Shown: in pieces, positions 27,106-36,552 of the stretch
Position numbering within the stretch: position 1 is the stretch's first letter
How the letters are laid out: each line of letters begins with the position of its first letter
Assembly: GCA_003242685.2 (NCBI GenBank)
Contig: QGVD02000008.1
Coordinates: 17,427-81,426 of the forward strand
Direction: 5' to 3'
DNA: 64,000 nt
DNA from: Pseudomonadota bacterium
GTDB lineage: Bacteria > Pseudomonadota > Gammaproteobacteria > Steroidobacterales > Steroidobacteraceae
The notes under the pieces: model-generated
Seen by the model: only the letters and a program-made list of their open reading frames with translations
The model's database searches: none
Told to the model about the DNA's origin: nothing
Program-made: the position numbers and the translations under genes

Positions 27106-27465
27106 ATGGGTGAGGTCAGCGATCTGACGTTCGGCGACGGCCTCCCGTGGGAAGAAATGCACGAGCGGACGGTGGACGGTCTGGTGCGCGTCGGCGCCGC
27201 CTGCGGCGACGACGAGGCGCTGATGCGCGCGAAGGCGGATCGCGTCTGTCAGCTCCTGCGCGAAGCTCTGGAGGACCTGCCGCCGCTGCAGATCAGCATG
27301 ACGCTGCCGCCCGAGTTCACCGAGGAACAGCTCGAGATCATCTCGGCCGCCGTCAACAAGGCCGCCGCAGCGGGAATGCAGCTCGCCATGGGTCACGCGG
27401 TCGAGACCTTCGCCGAGGCCGTGTACGACCTGTGCACGTCCAAGCTGAGGCATCCGCTCAACTGA
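27106..27465 (+). CDS. hypothetical 119-aa protein
   Basis: MGEVSDLTFGDGLPWEEMHERTVDGL... AGGAGAG RBS lies 6 nt upstream. No family recognised. Confidence 0.5.
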   Translation: MGEVSDLTFGDGLPWEEMHERTVDGLVRVGAACGDDEALMRAKADRVCQLLREALEDLPPLQISMTLPPEFTEEQLEIISAAVNKAAAAGMQLAMGHAVETFAEAVYDLCTSKLRHPLN

Positions 27466-27498
27466 GCGGCCGACCGGGCCGATCCTGCGCCTTCCGAT

Positions 27499-27518
27499 TC
27501 GCGCGCGAGCGCGCGCGA
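27499..27518. terminator. alternating-CG palindrome TCGCGCGCG-AG-CGCGCGCGA between convergent genes
   Basis: Seen directly between stop 27465 (+) and stop 27527 (-). No clear U-run. Confidence 0.35.
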
Positions 27519-27526
27519 TGAATTCC

Positions 27527-30500
27527 TTACGCCGCCGGCTTCGGCTGCGCGACGCGGCGCCTGAGAACGCTCACCGCGCGGTGCAGCTCGTCGGCGATCT
27601 CGTCGATCGCCGCATTGAGCCGCTCCTCCGGCGCATCCCGTGCCAGTGTCTCGAGATCCGTGCACAGCTCGCTCAACCGGGCGGCGCACATGTTCGCGCT
27701 CGCGCCCTTCAGCTTGTGAGCCGCACGCTCGATCTGCCGGCGCTCGCCTGCCGAAAGATGCGCGCGCATCAGCGCGATCGTCTCGGTGCCGCTCGCGTGG
27801 AACGTCTCGGTCAGCTCGCGCATGAACTCGACGTCTCCATCGGCCTTCCGCTCGAGCGTGGGCAGATCGACGGGCTGCGCGCCAGCCTCCGCGGTCATGA
27901 GCCGTTCGAGTGCAGCGCCTTCGAGCGGCGCGCTCTGCGCCTCTCCGCCGAGACCGAAGCGGTCGAGCGTCTCGCGCAGGCGATCGAGCTCCAGGGGCTT
28001 CGCGAGCACGCCGTCCATTCCCGCGGCGAGACACCGCTCGACCTGACCCGTCATGACGTTCGCGGTCAGCGCCACGATCGGTGTGCGCGGCCGCCGCTCC
28101 TCGAGCCTGCGGATCCGGCGCGTCGCTTCCAGACCGTCGAGGACGGGCATCTGCAGATCCATGAGGATGAGATCGAAGCGCTCGCGCTGATAGACGTCCA
28201 CCGCCTCGGCGCCGTTGTCCGCGGTCACGACCTCGCAGCCGAGACGCTCCAGGAAGCGCTGCGCGACCCTCTGGTTCACGGCATTGTCCTCGACGAGCAG
28301 CACGCGGCCCGCGTAGCGCTTCGCGACCGTGCCCTCGTGCAGCGCGCCGTTCGTGACGATCGGATGCGCATGCTCGTGCCACTCGCGAGCGTCACGTGAG
28401 AGCACGCGCTCGAGGCACGCGAACAGCTCGCGCGCGCGCACCGGCTTGGTGAGATAGCCGGCGAAGCCCATCGCGGCGAAGCGCGCCATGTCGCCGTGGC
28501 GGTCCATCGAGGTGAGCAGCACGATGCGCGCGCGGCTCAAGTGCGGATCCGAATTCACGCACTCACCGAACATGGCGCCGTCCATGTCGGGCATCTGGAA
28601 ATCGGCCAGGACGACATCGAACGGACGCCCGTCGCCGAGCGCCTGGCGCATCTTCTTCAGTGCATCCGTCGCGCTCGATGCCGTCGCGACGTCGTAGCCC
28701 GCGTGCTGGATCTGGCTCTCGAGCACGCGCCGGTTCGTCCGGTTGTCGTCGACCACCAGCACGCGCCGGCCGGTCGGCATCGCGCGCAGCGCGCGCACGA
28801 CGTCGGACGGCTCGACGGGCTCGAGCGGCAGCGTGAACCAGAACTTCGAGCCCCTGCCGAGACGGCTCTCGACGCCGACCTCGCCGCCCATCATCTGCAC
28901 CAGGCGCCGCACGATCGAGAGACCGAGCCCCGTTCCACCGTAGTGGCGCGTCGTCGACGAGTCACCCTGCACGAAGGGCTCGAAGAGCGTGGGCAGCACG
29001 TCGGGCGCGACGCCGATGCCCGTATCGCGCACCTCGGAAGCGCACGACGGTCCGGCCGTCCTTCTTGCCGGCCACCGAAACCTCGATGACGATCTCGCCG
29101 GCGCGGGTGAACTTGACCGCGTTGCCCGCGAGATTGATGAGACACTGACGGATGCGCTGCGGATCGCCCAGCACGCGCTCCGGCACGTCGGGATGCACGT
29201 TGACGATGAGCTCCAGACCCTTCGTCGCGGCCTGAAAGCCCATCATCGCGCCGACGTCCTCGACGTTGCTGCGCAGATCCATCTCGATGCGCTCGATGTC
29301 GAGCTTGCCCGCTTCGATCTTCGAGAAGTCGAGCAGGTCGTTGATGATGGTGAGCAGCGAGCGCGCGCTCGCCCGGATCGTCTCCGCGTACTCGCGCTGC
29401 GTCCGGTCGAGCTTCGTCTCGAGCAGCAGGCTCGACATGCCGATGACGCCGTTCATCGGCGTGCGGATCTCGTGACTCACGTTCGCGAGGAATGCGCTCT
29501 TCGCCTGGTTGGCGGCCTGCGCGGCTTCGGTCGCCCTGAGGAGCGCTTCGCGCGCCGCGCGCGCCTCCGTGACGTCCCGCATCGAGCCGGAGACGTAGAG
29601 CACCCTGCCGTCCGGCCCGCGATCGGCACCGCCGCGCAGCCTGAACCAGCGGTACTCTCCGCTCTTCAACCGGAGGCGCACGTCGACGTCGAGGGGCGCT
29701 CCCCGATCGAAGATCGCGTTGAATGCTGCGTCGGACATGGCCCGGTCCTCGGGGTGCACGCGCTCGCGCAGCACGCCCATCCGGTCGGGGAGCTCTCCGT
29801 CCTCGTAGCCGAGGAGCTGATGCACGCGCGGTGAAAGCCACACACGGCTCGCCCTGACATCCACTTCCCACAGTCCGTCCTGCGTTCCGCGGATCGCACG
29901 CTCGAAGCGCGCCTGCGTCTCGCGCAGCGCATCCTCCGCGAGCTTCTGCCGGTGGATGTCCTGGATGGAGCCTGCGGTGCGTACAGGCGTGCCGTCCGGC
30001 CCGCGCTCGACCATGCCGCGGATGCGGAACCAGCGATAACTGCCGTCGCGCATCCTGAGCCGCGCCTCGTGCGAGTAGGGCTCACCTTCGGCGATGCGCC
30101 GCTCCCAGATGCTGCGCGCCTCGTCACGATCATCGGGATGGAAGAGCTGCTCGACCGCATCCAGCGTGCCGAGGTCGAGCTCGTCCGGCTCGTAGCCGAG
30201 GAGCTTGTAGTAGCTCGACGAGACCCAGTGCTTGCCGGTGATGAGATCGCCTTCCCAATGCCCCTCCTGGCTCGAGAGCGCCGCCCGTTCCTGTCTGCGC
30301 TGTGCGTCCGCGAGCCGCTCCGCCTGTTCCCGCAGGCGCTCGGCCTGCTCCTTGAGCCGCGCGGCGGTCTCGACTTCGGACGTGACGTCCCAGCTCACCC
30401 CGAGCGAACGTGCCGGCTTGCCCTCCGCGTCGAAATCGATGCGCGAATACGCCTGGACGTGACGTACCGAGCCGTCCGGCATCAGCAGCCGGTAGCGGAA

Positions 30501-31145
30501 CGAGACGGTCGACTCGCCGCGCTGGACTGCCTCGAGCGTTGCGCGCTGACCGAGCTCCACGTCCTCCGGATGCACCCACTTGAAGAAGTCCGCGCCCGTC
30601 TCGCGGGCGTAGTGGCGATTGGCGGACTCTCCCGGCAGGCGATTGTCGTCCCACGTGATCGAATTGGTCTTCCAGTCGAACTCCCAGACGTAGATGCCCG
30701 CGGCCTGGGTCGCGATGCTGAGCCGCTCGAGCAGCGCGCGCTGTCTCTCCGACTGCTGGCGCAGCCGTTCCGCCGCCTCCATTTTCCGCGTGACGTCACG
30801 GCCGACTCCGAGCACGCGCGAGAGCCTGCCCGCCGCGTCGTACTGCAGACGGGCGTGCAGCTCGAAGTGCCGGATCGAACCATCGGGCTGCGGAATCCGG
30901 ACCGAACCCTTCAGCGTCTCGGAGCGCTCCGCGATCGCGGACTCGAGGAGCTTCTGCAGAGAGGCGAGATCTTCGGGATCCGGCGTGCCCGGATCCGCTC
31001 CATCGTCCGTCCAGCGGAAGTTCCCTTCTGCATCGATGTGCCAGAAGGAGAGATCGGCTGCCTCCATTGCGAGTCGCAGCCGTTCGTGCAACCCGGATCG
31101 ATCCGCGCCCCCTTTGGGCATTCCGGCCTCGTCAGCCGCTCCCAT
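27527..31145 (-). pseudogene. hybrid sensor histidine kinase (4 x PAS, HisKA, HATPase_c, REC, REC, Hpt) interrupted by a 1-nt frameshift near 29036
   Basis: ORF 28962-31145 carries PAS repeats, the H-box [10 protein letters not shown] and ...NAVKFTRAGEIVIEVSVAGKKDGRTVVRF. ORF 27527-29032 continues in the next frame with (E)VRDTGIGVAPDV...GGTGLGLSIV, two receivers and Hpt (HKLKGASANM). The junction reads GTG CGC TTC C GAG GTG CGC GAT. Confidence 0.75.
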
Positions 31146-31173
31146 CGCGGAAATCCTCCAGTCGAGAAGGGAA

Positions 31174-31833
31174 TCACGTGCGGCGGACGCACGTGTCGAG
31201 GAACTTCGTGATCCCGATTTCGTTATGTACGCCCGTGCGGCACCGCGGTTCGCGGCGGCAGTTCACAGTTCGTGCGCACCGCGAAAAAAAGCGCGAACGG
31301 AAGCGATCGCGGTGCCGTGAAGAGCTGGCTTCGGGGGCGCGGTGATCACTCGAAGATTTCCGTGGACGCGAGCGGCTCGACTCGGTGAACGTCTCGGTTG
31401 CCGGATCGAAGAGAAACGTCGTCGTCGGCAGAGTCCCCGACGCATCCTCGCCGCCGACGATGAGCACGCGGCCATCGTCGATTGCGACGGCGGCGTGACC
31501 CGCGCGCCGGAAAGGCATGTCGATGGCGCGCAGACGCTCGCGGTAGCGCACGGGGACATCGAGGCGCCGATCGACGCTCCGGCTGCCGTCCGTCATGATC
31601 AGCCGGTAGCTCGTGTCCCGAACGAGAGGAGGCGTCGTCAGCGACTGACCGCTCGTCACCGGGACGTTTCCGGGCTCCAGGCGTCCCGTGCCGCCCGTGA
31701 ACTCGACGCTCAGCGTCGCGGTTTCACCGACGAAGTACTCCTGGCGGTCGGCGCTGAACCGGGTGATCACCGGGCCCGGCGGCCCGACGTCGGGTTCTTC
31801 ACTCCCGCCCCCGCCGCCGCAGGCGGCCGCCAT
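31174..31833 (-). pseudogene. decayed lipoprotein gene with one Kelch-like blade (remnant)
   Basis: The in-frame sequence upstream of the first ATG reads ...RGSWRAAAGILLALMAAAC (lipobox) but has no start codon before it. After ...AGHAAVAIDDGRVLIVGGEDASG...FDPATETFT the frame degenerates into Arg/Ser-rich text that runs through a terminator. Confidence 0.4.
31284..31311 (-). terminator. candidate intrinsic terminator CGCGA-N10-TCGCG-C-TTTTTTT
   Basis: Only T7 run in the region. It lies inside the nominal 3' end of ORF 31174-31833, which suggests the coding part ends earlier. Confidence 0.4.
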
Positions 31834-32113
31834 GAGCGCCAGCAGTATTCCGGCTGCAGCTCGCCACGATCCGCGGCCGGCCGCCCTTCCGACGAATTTC
31901 CGGTTCGTGTGTTACTCCCACGCCTGCGCTCTTGCGGTTCACGTTCACGAGACTCGAGCGTGTCCATACAAGCGCAAACGACCACGGAACCGGCTCATCG
32001 AGTCTGAAGCACGGCATGGCTCTCGTGCCGCGCGGGCCTTGCGCCATTCCTGCAGCCAGCACAGCAACCCCGGGAAGGCGGCAACGTGGCGGGGATGACC
32101 AGGGAATGCCGAA

Positions 32114-32189
32114 TGGCGCGCCTGGAGGGATTCAAACCCCCGACCCTCGGTTCCGAAGACCGATGCTCTATTCGCTGAGCTACAGGCGC
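32114..32189 (-). tRNA. tRNA-Arg (anticodon UCG), CCA encoded
   Basis: GCGCCTG-TA-GCTC-AGCGAATA-GAGC-A-TCGGT-CT[TCG]GA-ACCGA-GGGTC-GGGGG-TTTGAAT-CCCTC-CAGGCGC-G-CCA. All four stems pair; 76 nt. Confidence 0.9.
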
Positions 32190-32389
32190 GCCGGAGAGTG
32201 CTCCAGGCGGCAACTATACTCGAAACGCGCCGCAGAACCGGCAACGCCTGCCTTCGAGCCCGCGCGCGACACTCCGTGTGCTGCGCAGCTGCGGTGCCTG
32301 CAGGGCCCGAGACGCGGCTGCGGTAGCCCCCATGTCCGGGCAGCACTTAAGATAGGCCCGGTTGGCCTTGCGGCCGGAGGGGAAAGAGC

Positions 32390-32764
32390 ATGAGATCGCT
32401 TCAGTTCGTTGCAGTCGCCGCACTGCTCGCAGCCGGACCCGTCCACGCGGCGTGCACGTATCCGAAGGCGCCCGACAGGATTCCGGACGGCTCGACCGCG
32501 ACGCGTGAGGAAATGCTGGCCGCGCAGAAGGCCGTCAAGGCATACAACGAGGAGATGAACACGTACCTCGAGTGCCTGAAGTCCGAGTACGAAGACATGC
32601 TCGCGCGGGAAGGTGCGAACCTGACGGAGGAGCGGAAGCAGGATCTGGAGCGGATGCAGGTGCAGAGGCACAACGCCGCCATCGACGAGCTGCAGTCCGT
32701 CGCCGATCGCTTCAACGAGCAGGTCCGGGTCTTCAAGGCCAGGAACGACAACAAGAAGAAATAG
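32390..32764 (+). CDS. secreted helical protein of unknown function (two Cys)
   Basis: Signal peptide MRSLQFVAVAALLAAGPVHA, then a charged helical sequence with Cys at residues 22 and 62. GGAGGGG RBS. Confidence 0.6.
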   Translation: MRSLQFVAVAALLAAGPVHAACTYPKAPDRIPDGSTATREEMLAAQKAVKAYNEEMNTYLECLKSEYEDMLAREGANLTEERKQDLERMQVQRHNAAIDELQSVADRFNEQVRVFKARNDNKKK

Positions 32765-32778
32765 TCTCTATCGATCCC

Positions 32779-32804
32779 GCTGCGGCGCCGCCGTGCGCCG
32801 CAGC
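32779..32804 (+). terminator. strong hairpin GCTGCGGCGC-N6-GCGCCGCAGC followed by CTTTC (terminator or attenuator before moeA)
   Basis: Perfect 10-bp stem 15 nt after the stop at 32764. Only 32 nt remain before the moeA ATG. Confidence 0.45.
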
Positions 32805-32836
32805 CTTTCACTCCATCGCCCTTTCACGGGCCCGCC

Positions 32837-34033
32837 ATGCTGACGCCGGCCGAAGCTGACAAGCTCATTGCACAGCATCTTCCCTGTCTGCCGATCGAAT
32901 CGCTCCCGATCGCGCAGGCAGCCGGCGCGGTGCTGCGCGAGAACGTCTATGCGGAGCGCGATCAGCCGCCGTTCGACCGCGTGGCGATGGATGGCATCGC
33001 GCTCGACAGCAGCGCGTGGCGCGCCGGTGTCCGTCGCCTTCGCATCCAGGGGGTACAGGCCGCCGGCGATCCGCCGCTCACGCTCGAGGCGCGCGATGCG
33101 TGCATCGAAGTGATGACCGGGGCGATGCTGCCTCACGGCTGTGACGCCGTGGTGCCGGTCGAGCAGATCGAGACGAAGGACGGCGTGGCGAGCATTCAGT
33201 CGGACGTCGTCGAGCCGTGGCAGAACGTGCATCGTCGCGGCAGCGACAGCCGGCAGGGCGCGCTGCTCCTGTCGGCCGGCACCCGACTGTCGCCGCCCGA
33301 GATCGCGATCGCCGCCTCGGCAGGCATGCCCCGCATCCGGGTGAGCGGGCAGCCGGCGGTCGTCGTCGTCTCGAGCGGCAACGAGCTCGTCGAGCCCGGC
33401 GAGCCGATCCTGCCTCACCAGGTGCGGCGCTCGAACGCGTACGCCGTCGTGGCGGCGCTGCGTCGCCATGGATTCCAGCGCGTGGCCGACGATCACGTGC
33501 CCGACGACGCTGCGGTGATCCGCAGCCGCCTCGAGTTCCACCTGCACACCCACGACGTGCTGATCCTGAGCGGCGGCGTGTCGATGGGTCGCTTCGATCT
33601 GATCCCGAAAGTGCTCGAGGAGCTCGGGGTGCGCGTCGTGTTCCACAAGATCGCGCAGCGCCCCGGCAAGCCGCTGTGGTTCGGCGTCTCGCAGGGCGGT
33701 CCGGCCGTGTTCGCCCTGCCCGGCAATCCGGTTTCCACGCTCGTGTGCCTGGCACGCTACGTGGTGCCGGCGCTGTTCGCGGCGATGGGTCAGAAGCCGA
33801 CGCCGCCCGAGAAGATCGCGCTCGCCGACGCAGCCACGGTCAGCGCACCGCTCACGACCTTCCTTCCCGTGCGCCTCGAGACCGACGACTGGGGGAGAGC
33901 CTGGGCGATACCCTGTCCGACGAACGGGTCCGGCGACTTCACGTCACTTGCGGGAACCCACGGATTCGTCGAGCTTCCGCCCGGACCGAACACCTATCCC
34001 AAGGGTTTCGTCACACGCCTGCACCGCTGGTAG
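32837..34033 (+). CDS. moeA: molybdopterin molybdenumtransferase
   Basis: ...AVLRENVYAERDQPPFDRVAMDGIAL...; 398 aa. Confidence 0.88.
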   Translation: MLTPAEADKLIAQHLPCLPIESLPIAQAAGAVLRENVYAERDQPPFDRVAMDGIALDSSAWRAGVRRLRIQGVQAAGDPPLTLEARDACIEVMTGAMLPHGCDAVVPVEQIETKDGVASIQSDVVEPWQNVHRRGSDSRQGALLLSAGTRLSPPEIAIAASAGMPRIRVSGQPAVVVVSSGNELVEPGEPILPHQVRRSNAYAVVAALRRHGFQRVADDHVPDDAAVIRSRLEFHLHTHDVLILSGGVSMGRFDLIPKVLEELGVRVVFHKIAQRPGKPLWFGVSQGGPAVFALPGNPVSTLVCLARYVVPALFAAMGQKPTPPEKIALADAATVSAPLTTFLPVRLETDDWGRAWAIPCPTNGSGDFTSLAGTHGFVELPPGPNTYPKGFVTRLHRW

Positions 34034-34049
34034 TAAGCTCTCTCCTGCC

Positions 34050-35099
34050 ATGACCGATGTCCTCGTTCCTCTCTCCCGCCTGCGGTCGCCGCGCGACACG
34101 CTCGGCCGTCCGATCCGGGATCTGCGGATCTCGGTCATGGACCGCTGCAACTTCCGGTGTCCCTACTGCATGCCGCGGGACACCTTCCACGACGGCTACC
34201 GTTTCCTCAAGACGAGCGAGAGGCTCAGCTTCGACGAGATCGTGCGCCTCACGCGTCTCTTCGTGCACCTCGGGGTGCGCAAGATCCGCCTGACGGGAGG
34301 CGAGCCGCTGCTGCGCGCGAATCTGCCCGATCTCATCGGCGATCTGACGAGCATCCCCGGCATCGAGGACGTCGCGCTCACGACGAACGGCGTGCTCCTC
34401 GCGAGACATGCCGCCGAGCTCAAGGCCGCAGGCTTGAACCGCATCACGGTGAGTCTCGACAGTCTCGATCCGGCCATCTTCTCGAGGATGAGCGGCGGCT
34501 TCGGAGGGCTCGACGACGTGCTCGACGGCATCGAGCACGCCCGCAGCGCGGGGCTCGTTCCCATCAAGATCAACACGGTCGTCCAGCGCGGCGTGAACGA
34601 CCACACGGTGCTCGATCTGCTGGAGCGTTTCCGTGGCACGGGCGTGATCGTGCGCTTCATCGAGTACATGGACGTCGGCAACCGCAACGACTGGCGGCCC
34701 GACCTCGTCGTGCCTTCGGCCGAGCTTGCGGCGCGAATCTCGGAGCGCTGGCCTCTCGTGCCGCTCGAGAGCAACTACCCCGGCGAGGTCGCGAAGCGCT
34801 ACGCCTTCGCGGACGGCCAGGGTGAGATCGGCTTCATTTCGTCGGTGTCGCAGCCCTTCTGCGGCGACTGCTCGCGGGCGCGCCTCTCCTCCGACGGCGT
34901 GCTCTACACGTGCCTCTTCGCGACGCACGGCACGAACCTGCGCGACGTGGTGCGCGCCGGAGCGAGCGACGATGAGCTGCTCGAGCTCATCGAGCGCGTG
35001 TGGACGGCGCGCGCCGACCGCTACAGCGAGCTGCGCGCGCAGATCCGCAGCTCGCAGGCGTCGCAGTCCAAGGTCGAGATGTTCTACATCGGCGGCTGA
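34050..35099 (+). CDS. moaA: GTP 3',8-cyclase (radical SAM)
   Basis: DRCNFRCPYCMP (CxxxCxxC), C-terminal cluster CGDCSRARLSSDG, ends ...FYIGG. Confidence 0.92.
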   Translation: MTDVLVPLSRLRSPRDTLGRPIRDLRISVMDRCNFRCPYCMPRDTFHDGYRFLKTSERLSFDEIVRLTRLFVHLGVRKIRLTGGEPLLRANLPDLIGDLTSIPGIEDVALTTNGVLLARHAAELKAAGLNRITVSLDSLDPAIFSRMSGGFGGLDDVLDGIEHARSAGLVPIKINTVVQRGVNDHTVLDLLERFRGTGVIVRFIEYMDVGNRNDWRPDLVVPSAELAARISERWPLVPLESNYPGEVAKRYAFADGQGEIGFISSVSQPFCGDCSRARLSSDGVLYTCLFATHGTNLRDVVRAGASDDELLELIERVWTARADRYSELRAQIRSSQASQSKVEMFYIGG

Positions 35100-35103
35100 C
35101 GAC

Positions 35104-35667
35104 GTGCGCAGCTCACGAACCCGCAGCTCGCGAAGCACGGCGCGCCGTGCGCCGGGGAATCCGCAGCAGGACCGGCTCACGCATCTCGACGCACAGAACC
35201 GCCCGACGATGGTGGACGTCGGCGCCAAGGAGGTCACGCGCCGCGTGGCGGTGGCCGAAGCGACGATCCGTCTGCCGCGCAACGTCGCGCTCGCCCTGCG
35301 TCGGACCGGACACAAGACGAAGAAGGGACCGGTCTTCGACACCGCCATCGTCGCCGGCGTCATGGCGGCGAAGCGCACCCATGAGCTGATTCCCTTCTGT
35401 CACCCCCTGCCGCTCGACAACTGCAGCGTCGAGATCGAAGCCGCGCGGGGCGGCACCATCCGGGTGGTGTGCCGCGTCGCCGTGCAGCACCGCACGGGCG
35501 TCGAGATGGAGGCGCTGACCGGAGCCTCCGTCGCCGCGCTCACGGTGTACGACATGTGCAAGGCCCTCTCCCACGACATCGAGATCACGGCGGTGCGGCT
35601 CCTCGAGAAAACCGGCGGAAAGCGGGACTTCCGCCGCGGTTCGCGCTCGGCCCGCCGCAGGGCTTAG
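35104..35667 (+). CDS. moaC: cyclic pyranopterin monophosphate synthase
   Basis: LTHLDAQNRPTMVDVGAKEVTRRVAVAEATI...FCHPLPL...TGVEMEALTGASVAALTVYDMCKA. GTG 35104 gives an Arg-rich leader of about 25 aa. Start is uncertain. Confidence 0.85.
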   Translation: MRSSRTRSSRSTARRAPGNPQQDRLTHLDAQNRPTMVDVGAKEVTRRVAVAEATIRLPRNVALALRRTGHKTKKGPVFDTAIVAGVMAAKRTHELIPFCHPLPLDNCSVEIEAARGGTIRVVCRVAVQHRTGVEMEALTGASVAALTVYDMCKALSHDIEITAVRLLEKTGGKRDFRRGSRSARRRA

Positions 35668-35680
35668 AATCCCGTTTTCA

Positions 35681-36523
35681 ATGACTGCACCGATCTACGG
35701 CCTCGTGCTGGCCGGCGGCCGCAGCACGCGCATGCGACGCGACAAGGCCGCACTCGTCTACCAGGGACGCACGCAGCTCGAGCGGGCCATGGAGCTGCTC
35801 GCGCCTCATGTCGAGCGTGCCTTCGTGTCCGTGCGACCCGATCAGGCGCAGGACCCGGTGCGCGCCCGCTTCCCGCAGATCGTCGACCGGCACGAGAACC
35901 TCGGCCCGATCGCGGGGATCATGGCGGCGCAGGAGGAGCATCCCCACGCCGCCTGGCTGGTCGTCGCCTGCGATCTGCCGCTCCTCGATGCGGCAACGCT
36001 CGAGCATCTGGTGCGCTCGCGCCGGCCCGAGAAGCTCGCGACGGCGTACCGCTCGAGCCGCGACGGGCTGCCCGAGCCGCTGTGCGCGATCTACGAGCCG
36101 GCGAGCCGCGAGGCAATCGCGGCGTACGTCGCCGGCGGCAAGCAGTGTCCGCGCAAGTTCCTGATCAATTCGGACGTGGAGCTGCTCGATGAGCCGAATC
36201 CGCGCGCGCTCGACAACGTGAACACGCCGGAGGAGTATCGATCCGTCATGACGAGTCTCAAGGACGAAACCGCGCCGACCGCGCGGCGCATCAGGGTCCA
36301 GTACTACGCGCTGCTGCGCGAGCAGGCGGGGCGCAGTGAGGAGTCGATCGTGACGCACGCGCGCACGCCTCGCGAGCTGTACGAGGAGCTGAAGGCGCGC
36401 TATCCGTTCACGCTCGCCCCGGAGATGCTGCGCGTCGCCGTCAACGAGGAGTTCGGCGACTGGTCACAGCCGCTCGCCGAAGGCGACGCCATCGTGTTCA
36501 TCCCGCCGGTCGCAGGCGGCTGA
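35681..36523 (+). CDS. fusion protein: MobA-like molybdenum cofactor guanylyltransferase (N) + MoaD sulfur carrier (C)
   Basis: N-terminus GLVLAGGRSTRMRRDKA...WLVVACDLPLL. C-terminal 78 aa RIRVQYYALLREQAGR...AEGDAIVFIPPVAGG end in the MoaD/ThiS Gly-Gly. Confidence 0.8.
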   Translation: MTAPIYGLVLAGGRSTRMRRDKAALVYQGRTQLERAMELLAPHVERAFVSVRPDQAQDPVRARFPQIVDRHENLGPIAGIMAAQEEHPHAAWLVVACDLPLLDAATLEHLVRSRRPEKLATAYRSSRDGLPEPLCAIYEPASREAIAAYVAGGKQCPRKFLINSDVELLDEPNPRALDNVNTPEEYRSVMTSLKDETAPTARRIRVQYYALLREQAGRSEESIVTHARTPRELYEELKARYPFTLAPEMLRVAVNEEFGDWSQPLAEGDAIVFIPPVAGG

Positions 36524-36552
36524 GAAACGCCTGCCGGACCGCGGAGCACGCC

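Noticed and set aside
27499-27518. Alternating (CG)n tract, considered as a Z-DNA-forming or methylation-related element.
   Set aside because: It sits exactly between two convergent stops and forms a hairpin. A shared terminator or spacer is the simplest explanation.
32260-32389. Possible Moco riboswitch in the leader of the first gene of the molybdenum-cofactor cluster.
   Set aside because: I only see short resemblances (a CCGAG block and GGGGAAAGAG at the RBS) plus some alternative GGCC hairpins, and I cannot reproduce the multi-stem consensus from memory. A strong hairpin also separates this gene from moeA. It needs cmsearch with RF01055, and a hit would reverse this rejection.
31834-32400. 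Genomic island or prophage integrated at tRNA-Arg.
   Set aside because: There is no integrase, excisionase or phage gene on either side. I found no direct repeat of the tRNA 3' end. The flanking genes are ordinary chromosomal genes, and only a decayed gene fragment remains.
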